DNA of 64,000 nt from Anaerolineae bacterium. GTDB taxonomy: Bacteria > Chloroflexota > Anaerolineae > JACIWR01. Below the pieces are notes generated by a model. The model was not told where the DNA came from and ran no database searches. It worked only from the letters and a program-made list of their open reading frames with translations. Of the stretch, positions 60,521 to 64,000 are shown piece after piece. The stretch is taken from the NCBI GenBank assembly GCA_024653325.1, contig JANLFX010000006.1, positions 2,803 to 66,802 of the forward strand, given 5' to 3'. Both the position numbers and the translations under genes were made by a program. Positions within the stretch are counted from its first letter, which is position 1. Each line of letters begins with the position of its first letter.

Positions 60521-60546
60521 GTAGGTCGGGTGGCGAACCCGACTAC
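60521..60546. repeat. GTAG-flanked hairpin whose GTAG supplies the TAG stop of the Memo-like gene
   Basis: GTAGGTCGGGT ggcga ACCCGACTAC. On the minus strand the TAG is at 60548-60546. Confidence 0.8.
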
Positions 60547-61760
60547 TACTGGAGTATGACGCCGCACACCGACACAAAAGAAGTGCCTTGTTGATCGGCC
60601 GGGCAGCGGTCGTAAGCTATAAGTTCACCCTGCACCGGACTTAGCAGGCGCAGAGCCAAATAGATGGGTGGTAGTCCGCAAACGTTGCGTTGGTTGCCGT
60701 CGCGTTTGATGGCAGCGAAGAAGCCCTCCGCATCGCCGGCGCATATCTGGGCGAGGAGTTCGTCGTCGGCGGCCTGCAAGCGAGCACGTTCCCACAGGTC
60801 CTGGGGCGCGCCGCCGAAGGCCGGGCCGACGTGGGAGAGGTCGGCGGCGGCCACGACGAGGACCCGGCGTTGGGCTGTCGCCTGCCTGAGCACCTCCACC
60901 AGCTTGTTGATTGTCGGGTGGTGCTGTGGGTCTGCCTCGCCCTGTATGAAGTGATTGAAAGAGCCGCACAGGATGGGCACCAGCTCACAGGGTTGGCCTT
61001 CGCGCAGGTAATGGAGCCAGACGGCAGCCAGTTCGATGGAGTGTTCGCAGCGATGGTATAGCTCCCCGGCGAAAGCTTCATCCTCGCCTATGGCCTCGGC
61101 CAAGGTATCCACGATCTCCCGCGCCGTGGGCAGTACCCCGAAGGGCGTGCTGTAATGCTGGCGCGTCAGGGTCACCAGGCCGTCCCCGTAATGGTCGGTG
61201 CCCAGCAGCACCACCAAATCGGCTTCCCGGACCGAGTCCACGGCCTGCTTCCACACGGCAGCGTAAACCGGTCCGCCGCGCTCATAGTCAATGTGCGGAC
61301 TGATCAATCCCCGGACAGTGGTGGAGCCGGGGGAGGCGCTCTCCACGGCTTCCAGGTAGCCGCGCAACAGGCGTTTAAGCTCCTCTGCGTCGGTCGGATA
61401 AGACTGGCCGGCGCTGATGGGGGGGCGCGAGGGAGCCTGGCGATATTCCACCAGGATTTGCTGGCGAGCCCGGGCGAAGCGCTCGTTCTCCAGGAGCAGC
61501 GCCTCGTCCAGAGTGGACATCAGTTGTGACAACACCCCCGGGCCGATGCGCAGGCCGTAGCGGATGATCAGGGAAGCCAGTAGAGCGTTGAGGTCGCGCG
61601 TCCCGTCGCACAAGGCCAGCACCGGGGCCAGCTCCTGGGAGATGACCACCGTCTTGTCCGTCAGTTGCAGGGGGTCGCGCAGGAGAATAACCGGTCGTCC
61701 GTCGAGGACGACCGGGCGGATGTCAATGGCTCGCAGTTTGGGGTATTGGTTCTCGGTCAC
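60546..61760 (-). CDS. MEMO1 / AmmeMemoRadiSam system protein B family protein with a roughly 110-aa N-terminal extension
   Basis: GTG start. GLISPHIDYERGG, LLGTDHYG, AAADLSHVG, NVCGLPPI. Confidence 0.85.
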   Translation of the reverse strand: MTENQYPKLRAIDIRPVVLDGRPVILLRDPLQLTDKTVVISQELAPVLALCDGTRDLNALLASLIIRYGLRIGPGVLSQLMSTLDEALLLENERFARARQQILVEYRQAPSRPPISAGQSYPTDAEELKRLLRGYLEAVESASPGSTTVRGLISPHIDYERGGPVYAAVWKQAVDSVREADLVVLLGTDHYGDGLVTLTRQHYSTPFGVLPTAREIVDTLAEAIGEDEAFAGELYHRCEHSIELAAVWLHYLREGQPCELVPILCGSFNHFIQGEADPQHHPTINKLVEVLRQATAQRRVLVVAAADLSHVGPAFGGAPQDLWERARLQAADDELLAQICAGDAEGFFAAIKRDGNQRNVCGLPPIYLALRLLSPVQGELIAYDRCPADQQGTSFVSVCGVILQ

Positions 61761-61769
61761 ACATCCCTC

Positions 61770-63077
61770 TCACGTCGCGGTCCACGTGGCCATCATTTCC
61801 TCGGCTGCCTTGCGCCCATACACCAGCGCGTAATTCATCCCTCTATCCTCGGGGTATACCTGGGCCATGCACGACAGCCACAGATTCTCCACCGGGGTCT
61901 TGAACGGCGGCTTGAGCTGCGAATAATGCAGGCCGATCACTGGCTGGGTGTATCGCTCGCGCCAGACCCATACTCGTTCTACCCATTCCTCGTTGAACTG
62001 CGGGAACAGCTTTTTCAGGCCAGGCAGGTATGCCCGGAACAATTCCTCGGCCGACATTTGATAGTAGGGGTCGTCGGGGGCCATGTAGCGCGAGAGGTAG
62101 ACCAGGTGCGCGCCGCCGTATTCCTCCGGGCGCTGCATGTTGGTGTGTTCTATCAGCGCTACAAAGGGTATCTCAGGGTCATTGATGTTCAGCCAGTAGG
62201 TGTTGCTGAGGCCGTGTTTGAGTTTGAGCACCAGGCAGGCATTGGCCAGGTAGACAATCTTCTCCAGGCGGGCGCGGTAGTCTGCCGGCAAGCCGGGAGC
62301 CAGCCGGGCGAACAACTCTGGAGCGACCGTGACCAGGACGACATCGAAAGGCTCGTGGACACCGTTCACGATCACGCCGGAAGCTGCGCCGTTCTCGATG
62401 CGCACCTCCTCGACGGGTGATTGGGTGCGGATGACCACCCCCTGGGCGCGCAACCGCTGCTCCCAGGCGTCCAGCAACCTGCCGAATCCGCCACGCAGAT
62501 AGCCCAGATACTCGGCCTGTCCCTTGCCCCGCGAGCCTCCGCGCAGTTTGAGCTTGTTCCAAAACCACACGGCCGCCACTTGATCGGCGTAGCGGCCGAA
62601 CTTCTGGCGCAGCAGCGGCTCCCACACCTGGCGGTATACCCGTTCGCCCGCCAGCCGGATAAGCCATTCTTTGGCGGTGATGTTCTCCAGGGGTTTCCAG
62701 TTGCTGATGAAACGGGGGATGATGGCCAGCATCCCCAGACGAATACGGTCGAAAAAGGGCAGGGGGGTGAAGCGCAGCACGTCTATAGGCGTGGCCAGGC
62801 GATAGATGCGATGGGCGTAGTAACTGGTGACCGTCGGTTGCCACGCAAAATCGTCCCCCAATCCCAGCTCGTGGATGAGTTGCTCCATCGCAGTATCGCT
62901 GGTGAACAGATGATGGTAGAATCTCTCCAGGTAGACCCCATTGACCTCGAAAGAACCGGCTAATCCGCCCAATGTCGCGTCGCGCTCAAGGATAGTGACG
63001 CGGTGTCCGGCCTGGCTGAGAAAGTCGGCGGCGGCCATGCCGGTGATGCCGCCGCCCACGATAGCGATTTTTTCCAT
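61770..63077 (-). CDS. FAD/NAD(P)-binding oxidoreductase (amine oxidase / phytoene desaturase-like)
   Basis: ATG 63077 (MEKIAIVGGGITGMAAADFLSQAGHRVTILE), Rossmann GxGxxG. The AGGAGGAG RBS is 11 nt upstream. Confidence 0.8.
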   Translation of the reverse strand: MEKIAIVGGGITGMAAADFLSQAGHRVTILERDATLGGLAGSFEVNGVYLERFYHHLFTSDTAMEQLIHELGLGDDFAWQPTVTSYYAHRIYRLATPIDVLRFTPLPFFDRIRLGMLAIIPRFISNWKPLENITAKEWLIRLAGERVYRQVWEPLLRQKFGRYADQVAAVWFWNKLKLRGGSRGKGQAEYLGYLRGGFGRLLDAWEQRLRAQGVVIRTQSPVEEVRIENGAASGVIVNGVHEPFDVVLVTVAPELFARLAPGLPADYRARLEKIVYLANACLVLKLKHGLSNTYWLNINDPEIPFVALIEHTNMQRPEEYGGAHLVYLSRYMAPDDPYYQMSAEELFRAYLPGLKKLFPQFNEEWVERVWVWRERYTQPVIGLHYSQLKPPFKTPVENLWLSCMAQVYPEDRGMNYALVYGRKAAEEMMATWTAT

Positions 63078-63108
63078 ACTAGAATGAACTCCTCCTGTTC
63101 GGGACGAG

Positions 63109-64000
63109 CTAATATCCCCTTCCCACTCCACGGTAAACGAATCCCAATGCCTTCATCGTCTCTGGGTCGTAGATGTTACGCCCGTCAATCAGTATCGGTT
63201 GGCGCATAGCCTGTTTGATCCAGCCCATATCCAGGTGCTTGAACTCATTCCACTCAGTGACGATGAGCAGCGCATCACACCCTTGGGCTACCTCATAAGC
63301 ATCCTTGCAGAAAATGACACCAGAAAGAATCTGCCGGGCGCGGTCCATAGCGACTGGGTCGTAAGCCTGGATATGCGCGCCCTCGTTTTGGAGCAAGTGG
63401 ATAATTTCCACCGAGGGAGCTTCACGCATGTCGTCTGTGTTGGGCTTAAAGGCCAGCCCCAACACCCCGATGGTCTTGCAATCCAGCGTGCCCAGCAAAT
63501 CGCGCAACTTTTGGATAACCCTCCGCCGCTGGTCACGGTTGATTTCCATCACTGTGCGCAACAACTGCGGGTGACAGCCGTGGATGGAGGCCATGTGCGC
63601 CAGCGCACTCACGTCCTTGGGAAAGCATGAGCCACCGTAGCCGACCCCGGCTTCCAGAAATGATGATCCAATGCGCTTATCATAGCCCATGCCCACCGCC
63701 ACCTCTTTCACATCCGCACCCAGGGCCTCACAAATGCTGGCAATCTCGTTGATGAAGGAAATGCGATTGGCCAGGTAAGCGTTAGAGGCGTATTTAATCA
63801 TCTCGGCGGTGCGCAAATCGGTGATCATAATCGGAGCGCGCAGAGAGAGATAAAGTTGCGCCACCTTCTCCGCCGCCTCGCGATTCAAAGAGCCCAAGAC
63901 GATGCGGTCCGGGTACATGAAATCGTGCACGGCGGAACCCTCGCGCAGGAATTCGGGGTTGGAGACCACAGCGAACTCGATGGGCTGCGGCTGGTGACGA
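63109..64000 (-). CDS. ugd: UDP-glucose 6-dehydrogenase, C-terminal two thirds (gene continues past the right edge)
   Basis: ...[33 protein letters not shown] (catalytic Cys), [16 protein letters not shown]. The frame stays open to the window end. Confidence 0.9.
   Translation of the reverse strand, partial: RHQPQPIEFAVVSNPEFLREGSAVHDFMYPDRIVLGSLNREAAEKVAQLYLSLRAPIMITDLRTAEMIKYASNAYLANRISFINEIASICEALGADVKEVAVGMGYDKRIGSSFLEAGVGYGGSCFPKDVSALAHMASIHGCHPQLLRTVMEINRDQRRRVIQKLRDLLGTLDCKTIGVLGLAFKPNTDDMREAPSVEIIHLLQNEGAHIQAYDPVAMDRARQILSGVIFCKDAYEVAQGCDALLIVTEWNEFKHLDMGWIKQAMRQPILIDGRNIYDPETMKALGFVYRGVGRGY

Overview
GC-rich (about 60%), densely packed bacterial chromosomal window. I call 57 protein-coding genes: one interrupted by an in-frame TGA, and two truncated by the window edges. 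There is also one four-tRNA operon. I found no rRNA, CRISPR array, transposase or integrase. Left to right: tgt, uppP, an orphan PstS-like binding protein, an MBL hydrolase, and a DHH-CBS-tRNA-nucleotidyltransferase fusion. Next come a ParB-like / membrane protein / tungsten-type aldehyde:ferredoxin oxidoreductase / NUDIX group, a heptad-repeat PD-(D/E)XK protein, and an ECF transporter (S-A-A'-T). These are followed by topA, a CDF metal exporter, glnA, an ANTAR response regulator with a PdtaS-like kinase, the tRNA operon (Pro-UGG, Gly-UCC, CAU, Pro-GGG) and a Cas4-like nuclease. An unusual one-strand block follows (25.7-41.4 kb). It mixes a polar-amino-acid-type ABC importer with an Opp/Dpp-type ABC importer, two two-headed (family 3 + family 5) binding lipoproteins, beta-propeller proteins and permeases carrying extra extracytoplasmic domains. 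After it come a Liv-type branched-chain amino acid importer, an MBL hydrolase, a ferredoxin and an ABC exporter. The right end holds an acyl-CoA mutase cluster (two large-subunit paralogs, epimerase, B12 subunit, MeaB) interrupted by two toxin-antitoxin-like cassettes, then a Fe-S protein, a Memo-like protein, a FAD oxidoreductase and a partial ugd. Intergenic DNA is rich in structured repeats. These include GTAG...CTAC-flanked hairpins (three supply the TAG stop codon of a gene), hairpins built from 5-7 nt quasi-repeats, a 3 x 100 bp array, a 2 x 72 bp array in the glnA leader and a nested-inverted-repeat MITE-like element. Several near-consensus TTGACA-17-TATAAT promoters are readable. The best candidate for something undescribed is the chimeric uptake supercluster at 25.7-41.4 kb. 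All family assignments come from reading motifs by eye; no searches were run. Taxonomy (Chloroflexota-like, or another GC-rich bacterium with strong Shine-Dalgarno sites) is only a guess.
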